DNA from: the human T2T-CHM13v2.0 reference genome, Homo sapiens
DNA: 64,000 nt
Direction: 5' to 3' (one strand)
NCBI RefSeq assembly: GCF_009914755.1
Contig: NC_060946.1
Shown: positions 37,011-49,625 of the stretch, piece by piece
Position numbering within the stretch: the first letter of the stretch is position 1
Layout: each line of letters opens with the position of its first letter
Notes under the pieces: model-generated
The model's input: only the letters and a program-made list of their open reading frames with translations
Told to the model about the DNA's origin: nothing
Database searches by the model: none
Made by a program: the position numbers and the translations under genes

Positions 37011-38950
37011 TTTAGACATACACAGAGACTCTCTTTATGACCTCATGCACAATCGATTTTTGTATATTTTTATATGTATACTTGGAAAAAATATTCTTTA
37101 TCTGTTGGTTGCCTAACTCTAATTATTTCCCTGTAAGTTACCCTTGCAGATTCTTCCTCTGCTTGACCTATACATAGAATGTGTTGAAATATCCCACTAG
37201 AATACTATTGTTTACATCTAATTTATGGATTAGAGTATAGATATTGGATTACTTTTTCCCTGTAAGTCTATTTATTTCTTTCTGTATATGTTTGGAGGCT
37301 ATTTTGCTAAGAGTAGGCATGGTAAATATTGCTATATCTTAATGTGAAATTAAAATATTTATATCTGTGTCATAACCCTCTTTATGAAAAATAATATTTT
37401 GGTCTTAAGGTTTATTGAATGTTATTAAGGTAGTCATACCAAGTTTCTTTTGGTGAGCATTTTTCTGAAAGGTCATTTTTCCATCCTTCCACTTCTAGTC
37501 TTTGCAGGTCTGTAAGTTTGAGGAATGACTCTTCTAATTAGCACATATTGAACATATACATTTTAATTTCAGTTTGTCTAGTTCCATAAAAAGTCTTGTA
37601 AGAATTTTGATGAGAATTGCATTGAATTTATGAATTAAAGTGGGACAACTGACATTTTAAAGATGTTGAACATAATAGATCTTCGCCTTCATTTATGCCT
37701 TCACATAAATGAACATAATAGATCTTTGCCTTTATTTGGGTCTTCTCGCTGTCCTTCAGCAACACTTTATTATTTTCTCTTTAACAGACTTTTGTGCCTT
37801 AAATTTTTGTTTCTTTTGTTTTTACACACAGAGACTTTGGGAAACTTTTATTAATTTGAATAATATGTCCGTTGATGCAATGAAACTGGCATTAATGTCA
37901 TTTTTTTTCCTTTTTATACCTTTTATTTATTTCTCTTGTTTTACTCTACTGTATTCAAGTATCCTTGGATTGTTCCAGATTTTAAAGACAAGGTGTCTGG
38001 AGGTTGTATCCTGAAGTACTGCATTTGCTGTGAATTTTTGTAGATAACCTATATCAAGTTTTAAAAGTTCTTTCCCCTTTATAGCTTTCTCAGAGCTTTT
38101 ATTAAAAATTGAGTTAAATTTTTGAAATGTACTTTTTGTATCTATTTCAATAGTTGCATGATTTTTATGTAGTGAATTATAGCATGTGGTGTTAATGTAT
38201 TCTTTTACTCCTAACAAAATCCAATTTGGTCATGAGTGATTTTTTTTAGTGGGTTACCACATTTGAATTGTTAATATTTTGAATGATTTTTAAAAATCTA
38301 TGCTCGTAAATTATATCGACCTACAATTTTCCCTTTTTATACTGTCCTTCCCTGGCTTCGAATCAAAATTAAACTCACCTCATAAAATGAGTTCTTTCAT
38401 TTTTTATTGTGTGGAAAATTCTTTATGAAATTGGAATGATCTATTCATTGACTGGCTGGTAGAAGTCACCCATAAAACCACGCATGCCTCTTTTTAAAAT
38501 CGAACATGTACTATGGGTGGGCTTTAAAATACGGATCCAGTTTCCTCAATGTTATAGGTCTATTTATGCTTGCTATCTCTTTTTGGGTCATCTTTTGACG
38601 TTATATTTTTTCCAGGAATGTTTTCAGTTTAACTAAGTCTTCACATTTATCGGTCTTCACATGTTTATTTGTAAAGTTCTCTTATGTTTGATGTCTTTAC
38701 TATGAAATTTATCATGCATTCAGAATTGTATATGAACTGTTTAAACAACAGCAAAAATGAAACACTCTCTCTTCCAACACCTGTGTTAAGAATCAAATCC
38801 CGACCAACACTTTCGAAGCCCCCATGTCCTCAGCCCACCCATCTCTTCTAATTTTATGTCCCCAGAGTTACCGTTGTTCTGAATATGTACAAGTATGTTC
38901 TTATATTTCTTTGTGCATCTGTAAACATTATATTATTTAGTTTAAAACGT
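37010..38950 (-). mobile_element. Old L1 fragments, antisense
   Basis: TTTTGATGAGAATTGCATTGAATTTAT and CTCACCTCATAAAATGAG motifs; 43-bp-period tandem duplication at 37667-37737. Confidence 0.7.
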
Positions 38951-39914
38951 GAGTATTAAGGACAAAACTAGCTTCCTAAGGAAAGAGTCATATTACAGCT
39001 GTTTAGATGAAGGCACTGGAGGAAGGCAAGCTAAGGGAGCTGGTAGGCAAAAGCACAGTCTCAGCCTCTTGGAGAGTTTACCGGAGCCTCCTGTGGAATT
39101 CCGTGGAACCTGAGGACCTCTGCAGCTGGCGAGGGAGGGGGGCAGGGGTGGGGATGGGGGCCATGTCCTGACTCAGGGCTGTATGTCCCAGAGGAACGCA
39201 GGCAGGGAAATGTGTCTCTGGCTAGCCGAGTCCTCCGGCTCTCAGGATTCGGTCAAAGCAGAACAACAGTGCAGGTTAGGACGCAGGCCCTCCGCTGGCC
39301 CAAAATTCAGGTCATGCAGAGGAGAGTGAAAAACTCATTGGCACACGGCCAAGGGAAGCCCACAGCAAAGAGTCTATGGCACAACGGCGATGAGGCTGGG
39401 GTTCACCTGAAGTTGCTGTTTCTAGGGGTATGCTCCCATCTGGGCGGGTGAACTCCTGCATGTGGTGAAGAGCTGTTCCTGTCCCTGCCGACATCTCTCA
39501 CCATCCTGCATCAGGCCAGGTGTCCACTGGGTCCTGGGGCAGCCTCCCCACGGGTTACTCTCCATTCAGTGGGGCGCTTCCTCTGGAGTTTCGAGAAGAG
39601 TTCAAAGGAGGCAAGCGTTTGGGATCCCGCCCATCCAAAGTGGGTTTCATGTTCCTCAGATACATACTGATGGGTCTGGCCAGGTAAAGGATTTGTGTTT
39701 GGAAGCTACCTTCCTTCCACCTTCTGAACGTGGTGCTCCATTGGGTCAATGACTCCCGTGTTGCTATTGAGAAGCCCTAAGTCTTTTTGATTCCCAGTCC
39801 CTTTATCCAACTCTTGTCTATATACAAGATTGTAGAATACAGTCTGTGCTCTGGTTTGAAATTTCACCACAATGAATCTTGGTGTGGGTCTATTTTCATT
39901 CATGTGCTGGCTTC

Positions 39915-40202
39915 TTTTTTTTTTTTTTTTTAAACAGGGTCTCACTCTGTTGCCCAGGCTGGAGTGCAGTGGTGCAATCCTAGGTCACTGTAGCCTTGAC
40001 CTGGGCTAGTCAAGCAATCCTCCCACCTCAGCCTCCCAAGTAGCTGATGTACCACCACGCCTGACTAATCTTTTTTATTTTTTGTAGAGACAGGGTCTCA
40101 CTATGTCACTCAGGCTGGTCTCAAACTCCTGGGCTCAAGTGATCTGACCACCTTGACCTACCAACCTGCTGGAATTATAGGCGTGAGCCAGTGTGTGGGA
40201 CC
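39915..40202 (-). mobile_element. AluJ
   Basis: CAGGGTCTCACTCTGTTGCCCAGG...CTCCTGGGCTCAAGTGATC. Confidence 0.92.
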
Positions 40203-40233
40203 CACATGCTGGATTCTTATTGAGCTCTCTCTC

Positions 40234-40537
40234 TTTTTTTTTTTTTTTTTTTTTTGAGAGGGAGCCTCATTCTGTCACCCAGGCTAGAGTGCAATGGCAC
40301 GATCTTGGCTCATGGCAACCTCCACCTCCTGGGTTCAAGTGATTCTCCTGCCTCAGCCTCCTGAGTAGCTGGGATTACAGGCATGAGCCACCACGCCTGG
40401 CTCATTTTTGTATTTTTAGTAGAGACACGGTTTCCCCATGTTGACCAGGCTGGTCTCGAACTCCTGACATCAGATGATCTACCTGCCTTGCCCTTCCAAA
40501 GTACTGGGATTACAGGCCTGTGCCACTGCGCCCAGCC
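40234..40537 (-). mobile_element. AluS with TSD CTTATTGAGC
   Basis: Full dimer; TSD on both flanks. Confidence 0.95.
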
Positions 40538-41133
40538 CTTATTGAGCCTTCTTGATCTATCATCTCATGTCCTTTCTTAGCATTCTCCCCTGTCACTTTT
40601 CTTATTTGGATGTTTGGCCTTCTAAACTGGTGTAATTTCATTTGTTAGTTTTTCATCTTTGTCTCTTTATCTCTGCTAACCTTTAGTAAGATTGTGAAAT
40701 AGCCTCAGCTTTATCTTCCAGACCTTCCTATCGAGTTTTCATTTGGGCTGCTATGTTTTTAATTTCCATCAGCTATTTTGCTCTTGTTCTCTCAATGTTC
40801 CTCGTGTGTAGATAGCTTCTTGCTCTCCTTTTATTATTGCAATATTTTTCTTATTTCTCTGGAGTATTGGATGCTTTCTGGAAAGTTTCTTCACTCTGTT
40901 AAGTCCCCGTTTTCTCCCAGTGAGTCTGCTTTGATTCTGGGCTGTGGCCTCCATCTTCATGTTGCAGGCCTTCCTTACACTTGACCATCCTGACTGGTTG
41001 AGAGCAGTGGTCCTCAAAGCTGTTTGGAAGCTCTTTGTGTGTGGGCAAAATGCATTGACTTTTGATTTTACTGCCAGGTGGTTTGCAGGAGCCCTTGGCT
41101 GGGAAATCCCCAGCTTGTCAGTTTTTGTATAAC

Positions 41134-41440
41134 TTTGTTTTCTTTTTTTGGAGATGGAGGCTTGCTCTGTTGCCCAGGCTGGAGTGCAGTGGTATGATCT
41201 CGGATCACTGCAAACCTCTGCCTCCTGGGTTCAAGCAACTCTCCTGCCTCAGGCTCCCAAGTAGCTGGGACTAGAGGCGCACACCGTCACGCCTGGCTAA
41301 TTTTTTTTTTTTTTGTATTTTAGTAGAGACAGGGTTTCACCATGTTGCCCAGGCTGGTCTCAAACTCCTGAGCTCAGGCAATCTGCCCACCTCAGCCTCC
41401 CAAAGTGCTAGGATTACAGGTGTGAGCCAATGCGCCCGGC
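41134..41440 (-). mobile_element. AluS
   Basis: Full dimer, antisense. Confidence 0.95.
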
Positions 41441-41559
41441 GTTTTTATAGAGCTTTCATCTGCAGTTTTGTCTGATTATCTAAATATAAGTATCATACAG
41501 CTCCCACTTCTGTGCATTCTTTAAACCAAAGTTAATTTTCAAGTTTTAATGTAGAGAAT

Positions 41560-42890
41560 TTTTAGTTGAAATTTCTATTAAGATAATTGTAGATTCACAT
41601 GCGGTTGTAGGAAATTATACAGAGAGAGCCCATGTACACTCCCCCACCCCGTCCCCAGTACAAATGTTATGTAAAACTCTAGTACAGTAGCACAACCCAG
41701 TGACAGAAGCCACTGAGCTGATTAAGGTTTCCTCAGTTTTACCTGTGCTCATTTGTGTGTGCGTGTGTGTGTGTGTGTGTGTGCGCGATGAGTTCTATAC
41801 AATTTTATCCTCTTTGTAGGTTCATGTACCCAACACCACCATCAAGATACCTAACAGTTCCAACCCCACAGACATCCCATCGATTACCTTCCTCTGTCAT
41901 AGCTACTCTCTTCCCATTCCTCCTCCCGTGCAACCTGGGCAACCTCTATTCTCTTCTCCATTTCTAAATCTCTGTCATTTAAAAAATTGTATATAAGTGC
42001 AATCATCCACGATGTAACCTTTAGAGATTGACTTTCTGTGTGTCACACAATTGCCCGGAGATTCACCCAGACTGTTGCCTGTATTAACAGCATGTTTCTT
42101 TATATTGCTGAGTGGCGTTCCATGGTATGGACATACCACAGTCTGTTTAACCATTTCATTAATAACTGTGTGTTACCTGTGTGTCATTAGCTTACAATGT
42201 AGTTATGTTCATAAAATATACTCTGTTTAATGGTAATACTTTATTTGGAACTATGTTGAGATTTGACTTATGTTCTAATACAGGTAAATTTTCATGAGTG
42301 TTCTGTGTATACATATAAAGAATATCCTGCAATTTTGAGGTACAGGATTCTATAGTTTATATTTTCATCTGATCTATTTGTTAATTGTGTTGTTTCCATT
42401 TTTATATGCTTATAAATAGTTTTGCTGTCTTGATTTACTGAGAAAGCTGTATGAAAATCTTCCAGTATGGGGATGGATTTATCTACTTCTCCTTGCAGTT
42501 CTATTAACTTTGGCATTATAAAATTTGGGACTACACCATGTGCATGCAAAGTGTTCTCCTGATGGATTTGACTTTTTTATTGTAAAATAGCCTTCCTCAC
42601 CCCTAGAACTTTCATTTTGCTTTGAATATAGCTACACCAAGGCAGCTTTGATTTTCATTTGCTTCCAAGGCTCTGTCCTCTTTACTTTCAATATTTTTTT
42701 GTTATATTTTAGGTATGTTACATACTTAGTATATGACCATTTTTTAAAAATGAAATCTTTACACTTGCTATAACTAGTTATATTTGAATATTATCTATGT
42801 ATACACAACTTTATGATATTTTTTCTGCCTTATCTGAGTTTCTTTGCTTTCTCCACCTCCTTTCTTGCTTTTTATCAAAAGCAAGTTTTC
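41560..42890 (-). mobile_element. L1MB/MC-type 3' end with (TG)n at about 41754-41783, plus adjacent old L1 fragments
   Basis: GATAATTGTAGATTCACATGCGGTTGTAGGAAAT; CATGGTATGGACATACCACAGTCTGTTTAACCAT. Confidence 0.75.
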
Positions 42891-42942
42891 TCTCTCTCTG
42901 TCTTCCTCTCTCTCTGTTTCTCTCTCTGTCTGTGTGAATTTA

Positions 42943-43215
42943 ATGTAGGAAGAGCCAGCACTTAGGCCAAATGACTACTAGGACAGAGGGGTTACTGGAA
43001 CCTGGAAAATAAAAGTGATGGATAAAGCAGCCACCTTGAGAGGGGCAGTGGCCTTCTGTCAATGGACACAGCAGCTCTGGGACATTAAGGGAGTGAACCT
43101 GGGGAGTGAACTCCCTCACCCCACTCTCTTCCATCTCTTTGATCTGTCATTGGGTCTCCCCCTTGGCCAAGTCTTGCTACAAACCAGGGGGCTGGAGAGC
43201 CTGGGGTCAGCATGC
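42943..43215. mobile_element. ERVL LTR fragment (LTR33-like)
   Basis: CCCCACTCTCTTCC...CCCCTTGGCCAAG...AAACCAGGGGGC resembles the recalled LTR33 consensus. Confidence 0.5.
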
Positions 43216-45054
43216 ACTGTGTGGTACTGCTGGCTCCATCATGATCCTCACATACTTTACTGGCCATCTTTATGTTCTTATACAATACAATCATCCATCT
43301 TTTATATGATTTGTGCGCTTTACACCACAACTGCTGACCTCCTGTACTAAGAATGATGATGAAATCTGCTTATTCAGCCTCTAGCTTGCCTTTTTCATCC
43401 ACCCACTGCTTAGTTATGTAATTTCTATATTACTAGGGCTTAGAACAGTTATCACTCCATAACCATCATTTTCACAGTCTTAGCTTTAGTATTAACTTAC
43501 AAGTCTTCATACAAACCTCACTACCAATTTATTTTCCATAGACTATTTCTTAAGCTCTTAGCTGGATGACTTTTGTCTGTTAGCAATGTCTTCAATAAAG
43601 TTTATGGGACTTCTTGCATATATATATATCTTTATACTGGAATAATAGTTTAGCAAGGTATAAAATTATTGAATGACTTTTTTTTAATGAAGTCTTTACG
43701 GAAACTGCTTCACACACTTCTGAAATCTCCTATGGAAAAGTCCTTTGACAGCTTTAGGGGGTGTGAATTCCCTCAGTATTATTTCTGTATCTTTCAAGAC
43801 CAGTAATTTCATTTCCTCTTCTTCAGGGCTAACCGTTATATATATTTTGGAAATCTTCCTTGTCTTTTATTGCTATTGTATTTTTCTTATATTTAAAAAC
43901 TAAAATTATTTCATTTGCTCAAGTTTTTTAAGCCTATTTTCCCCTGGGTATGGCTGTTCCAGCCTTATGATGCTTCAAATATAGCCTTCTCTGTGATGGC
44001 TTTCTTGATCTTTGTCATTTCCTCCCAAGGTCTGCCAAATTATTTTTATACTTTTCTTCTGTTTTATTATTGCCTCCATGAGCTCTTGTGTCTCTGCTTT
44101 TAAGGCTTTTATTTCCTGACTTATTATAACTTAAAAAAAAAACCATCATCTTTAAATCCATGTGATGCTATTTTTTCTTCATAATATTTTTCAGTCCTCT
44201 CCCTGACCAAATTTTTCTGTAATATATTTTTAGTTTCCTCCTCTACATTATTCCTATTTTTTCTTGTTATTTTTACTTGTGTTTGAATGAGGAGAGCTAT
44301 TTTCAGGCCAGGTATCTGCAGAAAGACCGTGCGGAGAAGGGGCCAAAGTATGTACGTGGTCGGCACATCCACATCTTCTCTCTGGCTGCCAGTTAAGCAC
44401 TGAGTGATACAGGGTGTGCGTCTGTGTCTGTGTGGACAGACATGTTGTGTTCCATATGACATCGGTCTGGTCTTAGCCTCCACATGTTGTATCAGTAGTT
44501 CAAAGCTGCTTCCTGTCCACATGAATCCTTGTTTCCATCACATATGGGACCCACTGTCTCCTGTAAAGATGGCAGGTCATGCATTCTTTGCTCCCTGCCA
44601 GCTTCGTGGCGCTTCGTGGTGTCACTGGTTTTCGGGAGTCCCCTGTAGCCTGTGCACACACCTCTTTCTGTTTTTTCACACGTACAGCTGTTGGTTCCGG
44701 TTCCCAGGGTGAGCCAGCTGCTTTGGAAACCAAGTGAGTGTGGCTGATTCTCTTGAGGCCTGTGGAAGTGACCCTGGCTTCTCTGCCCCTATCTAATTGT
44801 GACCCCTTAGCATTTTGATTTTACAAGTATATTAAAGTCCAGAGTAAGAAATGCCCCTCACTGCGGGTGGCTGCTGTTCCCAGCTTTTTATTCTCCTGGT
44901 TTTCACTGGCATCAGGAGAGGAGAGACAGCACACTGTCACGGTGGTTCACGGCGCAGCAAATTTCTAACAAGCTCTTCTGCGTCCCAGGGAGGTGAAGCT
45001 ACCCGAGCAGGGTCTCACGGAGCTCGGGATTCGGGAGGTGAGAACCCAGAGCTG

Positions 45055-45690
45055 CCCTTCCCGTGCCTGTTATGGGTACCAAGGATGTAGCACTCATTAC
45101 ACAGACCCAAACAAGCCCTTTCCTGAAGTTACCGTGTAAACTATGTTAGACGCAAGAGGCACCATGGGGAAAAGTGAAACGGGCCAGGAGGGGTGTCAGG
45201 GTGGAGTGCTGGGTTTGGGGGTGCTGGATCAAGGATTCTGTTTCCAGTGGGAGGCCAGGGAAGGCCACACAGGTTATGGGTGTTTAAGCAAAGACCTGAA
45301 GGAGGCGAGGAAGAGCCCTGAGTGCAGCTGGGGAAGGAGGTGGCCGCAGCCCGTGCAGCTGGGGAAGGAGGTGGCCGCAGCTGCAGAGGCCTCGGCAGTG
45401 GGCCTTCTTCATGCTCCAGGCACAGGAGGAGAGGGAAGTGGAGGGATGCAGGGCCCTAGGGAGGAGTGGCAGGAGGTAGGGTCAGAGAGCGATGGGAGTG
45501 GAGACTCTGGAGGGTTCAGGCCCTGAGGGACTCTGCTGTTCTTCCAGGAGCAGGGCCACTGCACGGTCTGAGCAGAGAAGGACATGCTGTGACCCAGAAG
45601 ATGCAGCTCCCCTGGCTGCTGTGGGGTCGTCGGCCTTTGGGGAGGCGAGGGCAGAAGTGGGGAGGCAGGCAGAGCTGGGACCGGCATGGC
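45055..45690 (-). mobile_element. L2 fragment with a 31-bp tandem duplication at about 45323-45385
   Basis: TTTAAGCAAAGACCTGAAGGAGG and TGAGCAGAGAAGGACATG motifs; GTGCAGCTGGGGAAGGAGGTGGCCGCAGC twice. Confidence 0.65.
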
Positions 45691-46594
45691 GGCAGGGCGT
45701 GGGGCTAACACGTGCTTGTTGAATGTCCTGGAAGCCTGGTCCCTGAGACATTGCCAGGGACACCAGCCCACCAGGGACGCAAAGCCCATGAAAGACAGAT
45801 AAAGGGAGCCGCTCCCTGAGCCAGGAACCTACACACGGGAGATTAATCCATCCATTTCCGCGGCGAGGTGCCTGCTTCCCACGTGTGAGTAACTGATGTA
45901 AAATCATAAAATGGACCATTTGCCTTTATTTTCGTGTGACCTTGGACTTTGCAAAACTCTGAGCAACTTACTTGAAATTTAACCAAACGTCAGCAGAGAG
46001 CCTGGCTCCATAGTTCCCACTGATCCCGCGAGTCCGGGCTGGCCCCATTCAGCCCTTGCTGTCGAGCCCTGCAAGACGCACAGCCGGGGCCACGGTACCC
46101 ACCGCCTTCCCTTCTCGCCTCTAAGGCAACAGAGGAGATCCCGTCCTGCCTGCCTGGCCCTGCTGGCACGCACAGCGTGGCTGGACTTGTTGCTCATTTC
46201 ACTTAAACCCTATGACACCCTTCCAAGCAGGCCTCCCTCAGATCCCTGTGTTTGAGAAGGAGAAACAGGTTTCGAGAGGTGCCCTGGTCTCACGGAGCCC
46301 TGCAGCGGCGCGGAGCACCGGCGGTTCTGCAGCCAGGCTGCCCGGACTGTGCGGGGACTGGGTCTTTACACCCCAGAGCTTTCACGTAGCCGGTGCAGCT
46401 CACACCTTCACCCGAGGGGACAGGGGCTGGTGGCAAAGCCCCACATTGGCCTGAGTGACCGAGTAGCTGCAGGGACCCACTGGGATTTGAGGAGCAAAAG
46501 AAAGAAGAAAATAGGAAAAAAATCAACCTTTTTGAGCCAAAGCAGAATGAGTTTACTGAGAGTTAGACTGAGCTTGAAGGAGACGCAGTGCAGG

Positions 46595-46986
46595 TTTGCG
46601 GGCCGGCCCAGACTCCTGAAACAAAGCATCACAACCCACACCGGCGGCAAACACAACAGACATTGGTTCTCGCAGGCTCTGCAGGCTGGAAGTTCCAGAT
46701 CGAGGTGTGTGGCCAGGGCCGGTTCCTCCTGAGGCCTCTCCTCGGGTTTAAGGTGGCGTCTTCTCCCTGAGTCCTCTCTTGGGCGTCCCTCTGTGCCTGT
46801 CTGCGTTCTCTTCTCTTCTATAATGACTCTTCTTCCCGGGTCCTGTTGGATTAGGGCCTGCCCGATAACTTCCTTTTAACCTCATCACTTCTTTAAAGGC
46901 CTTCTCTCTGAATACAGCCTCTTTCTGAGGCATTGGAGGTTAGGGCTTCCACACGTGGACTTTAGGGGTGCAGTTCAGCCCCAACA
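46595..46986 (-). mobile_element. MaLR LTR (MLT1A/B-like)
   Basis: ACAACAGACATTGGTTCTCGCAGG...GGATTAGGGCC...GTTCAGCCCCAACA. Confidence 0.8.
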
Positions 46987-47082
46987 GTGGGTTTGTGAAA
47001 GAGGGGCCACAGTCGCCAACGTTGCTGCCATGGAGATGGCGGGGACCCAGGAGCACGGGCTCTTCACTGAGTCCTGAGCTGA

Positions 47083-47141
47083 AACTGGGTCCCAGTCTTC
47101 ACAGTTGGTTTCTGACACGTGGACCTGGCTGGGACGATGTG
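47083..47141 (+). ncRNA. MIR4535: MIR4535 precursor hairpin (mature GTGGACCTGGCTGGGAC at 47119-47135)
   Basis: AACTGGGTCCCAGTCTTCACAGTTGG...GTGGACCTGGCTGGGACGATGTG matches the recalled miR-4535 stem-loop; GTCCCAGT pairs with GCTGGGAC; lies downstream of TAFA5 as expected. Confidence 0.85.
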
Positions 47142-47739
47142 GCTTGAGCAGCTTAATTCACTGGGTGGCTTCTGTCCTAGGCTGGCTCTGGGTCATTGAG
47201 ATGAGAGGGCACAGTTCTCTCTTAAGAGGCTGGCCCCGTGCAGGCAGAATTCACACACACTGGGGGTTGGGACAGAGCAAGACACACAGTTCTGGAGCCC
47301 AAGGCGGTGGCTCCGACGTGCGCCACTGTGCTGGGGAAAAGGTGCATGCCTGGGACCCTATGCAGAACGTGGAGCCCTGTGTACAGGCCTCTGTCCATCC
47401 GCCCTTTGTCGTGGCTTTAATATTTTTCCCAAATGAAAGTGGTTTTGTTTTGATAACAACAGCAATCATAGCAAGCCTGCACCCAGTACTGAACTCACAC
47501 CAGGCCCGGCTGAGCCCTGTAATGGAAGCGGTTCATTGAATCCCCGGTGAGGACCCCAGGCCCAGAGTCCTGCAGGGACGGGACGGTGGCTGTCTGCCTG
47601 GATGCCAGGCCCAAGCTTTCCAACACGAGACCACGCTGCTGTCTCTCTCCCACTGGCTTACACCATTCCAAAATAATCTAATTATTTAAACAATACATGT
47701 TCGAATGTGTAAGCGTTCTATAAAGTGCAGAGGGGAAAA

Positions 47740-48250
47740 TTGAGTTAAGCCCAATGCAGCCCCATTGGGAACCAGTCTGACCTTTTCTAGGGAGGAGAGG
47801 GCTGTGCTCATGGTGCGGATGGGACCCCCCCGACCTGGGGTGCACCCCAGCATCTCACCCCCATCCTGCGGGACCCACAGCACAGCGGCCTCAGCAGCAG
47901 GTCTCATTTCAGCCCCCAATGGGAGCAAGCCAAAGCCACTTCAGCAGCAAAATGAATCAATGGACTGTCGTAAGTTCAGTGACAGGAAGGAAGGAACCCC
48001 AGATCTACGAAAAGCAGGATGAATCCCCAAACCTGTGATGCTGAGTGGAGGAAGGCAGGCAGCAAAAGGGTAATGAAATATGCTTCCATTTGTATAAAGT
48101 TCACAGAGACTAAACTGTGCTTTGCTTTTCAGGGATGTAGACGTGGCAGTGAAACTGAAAAGAAAAACAAGGAATTTATGGCCAGAAAATGACAGAGATC
48201 GGTTATCTCTAGGAGCAGTAAGGGGCCATGCTTGGGGAGGGGGAGGAGAG
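47740..48250 (+). mobile_element. L1ME-type 3'-end fragment
   Basis: GGATGAATCCCCAAAC..ATGCTGAGTGG...TTCCATTTGTATAAAGTTCA. Confidence 0.65.
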
Positions 48251-48546
48251 ATGCATGGTGGGGATGGGGGCATCCTCACCTCCAAATCGCACCCTCCCGA
48301 AGCCACACAGCAGCCTGAGGATGTCTTCAGGGCCGCTCTGAGCTCTGGGGTCCCCGGGGACTGGGGGTTAGGACCCCGACCCACCTGCCCACTGTGGGCC
48401 CCAGCGTTGGGTGAGTCCTGGAACCTCCCGTCTGTGAAGTGGGGCTGCAGTGCTGCGTTGCTCATGGGTTTGCTCTGGAGGCTAAAGGGATTTTCCGCAT
48501 GCAGGGCTGGGTGCGTAGCAGGACGGCTTTTACCCATAATGACCGT

Positions 48547-48957
48547 CGAGTGTGGGTTAAATTTCATCCCCCAAAAGATACGTCCAAGTCCTGACCCCCA
48601 GTGCCTGTGAATGGGACCTTCTTTGGAAATAGAGCATTTGCAGATGTGATGAAGTGAAGATGCATTCATTCTGGATTAGGGTGGTTCCTAAATCCAAGGA
48701 CTGGTGTCGTTACACGAAGAGGAAAATTTGGAAAATCAGCCTCCTAGAAGGAGGCGTGATGACGGAGACAGAGATTGGAGTGGTGCAGCCACATGCCAAG
48801 AAAGGCCTGCAGCCACCAGGAGCTGTGAGAGGAAGAAAGATCCTGCCCACAGCCTTCAGCGAGAGCAAGGCCCTGCCCGTCGCCGGACACAGGACCTCTG
48901 GTGTCAGGTCTTCCGGTCTGTGGTAACGTGTTACGGTGGCCGCTGGAGATTAATACA
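48547..48957 (+). mobile_element. MaLR LTR (MLT1C-like)
   Basis: TGTGGGTTAAAT...TTTGGAAATAG..TTTGCAGATGTGA...GGATTAGGGTGG...TTAATACA. Confidence 0.85.
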
Positions 48958-49374
48958 TTGTCTTTCTGTACTTGCTTCTTGTGGGCAAAAAGCTTAGTTG
49001 GCTTATGTCTGCTGGAAGCTTCAGCACCTATAATTTTTTAGGCACATAGCAGTCACCCCGCTCACACTTGTATGAATTGGGAGTTCTATGTAGAGGGCTC
49101 TGGACCCTGCTCTCTTCCTGAATCCTGTAGTACTAAGCCATTGTTCCATGTCGATAATAGCAATGTGCCCTGTTCTTTAGGGTATGTCAGAGTCGGAGGC
49201 CCTCCAAGAATGGCGTGTCCTCCTCTTGCTCACATTTATGGGCCCCCTTCTTGTTGTGATGACTGATGCTGCGATTTCTCCAGCGTGTCACCCTTGCCAT
49301 CTCACTGAATCATTTCTTTATGATAAACCCTCGGCAGCGGCGTTGTTAGGTGAAGAGGCATAAAAAGTCTCTGC

Positions 49375-49625
49375 ATTTTAGCATGTGCTGCAGGTTGCTA
49401 AATCCCCCTCCAGGAAAGCGGAAGCTTTTGACAAGCCCACCAGCTGGAGAGGAGAGTGCCCAACTATTCCCACACTGGTACCCAAATCAGGGATTATCGT
49501 TCTTTTTAATCTTTGCCAATTTGCTAAACAGAGAAAGGTATCAATCTCTGTTGCTTTAATTTGCATGTCTTTGATTACTATTGAGTTTGAACATCTTTTC
49601 ATATGTTTATTGGCCATTTATGTAA
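49375..49625 (-). mobile_element. Old L1 ORF2 C-terminal fragment
   Basis: Translation MANKHMKRCSNSIVIKDMQIKAT matches the L1 ORF2p C-terminal motif. Confidence 0.8.
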
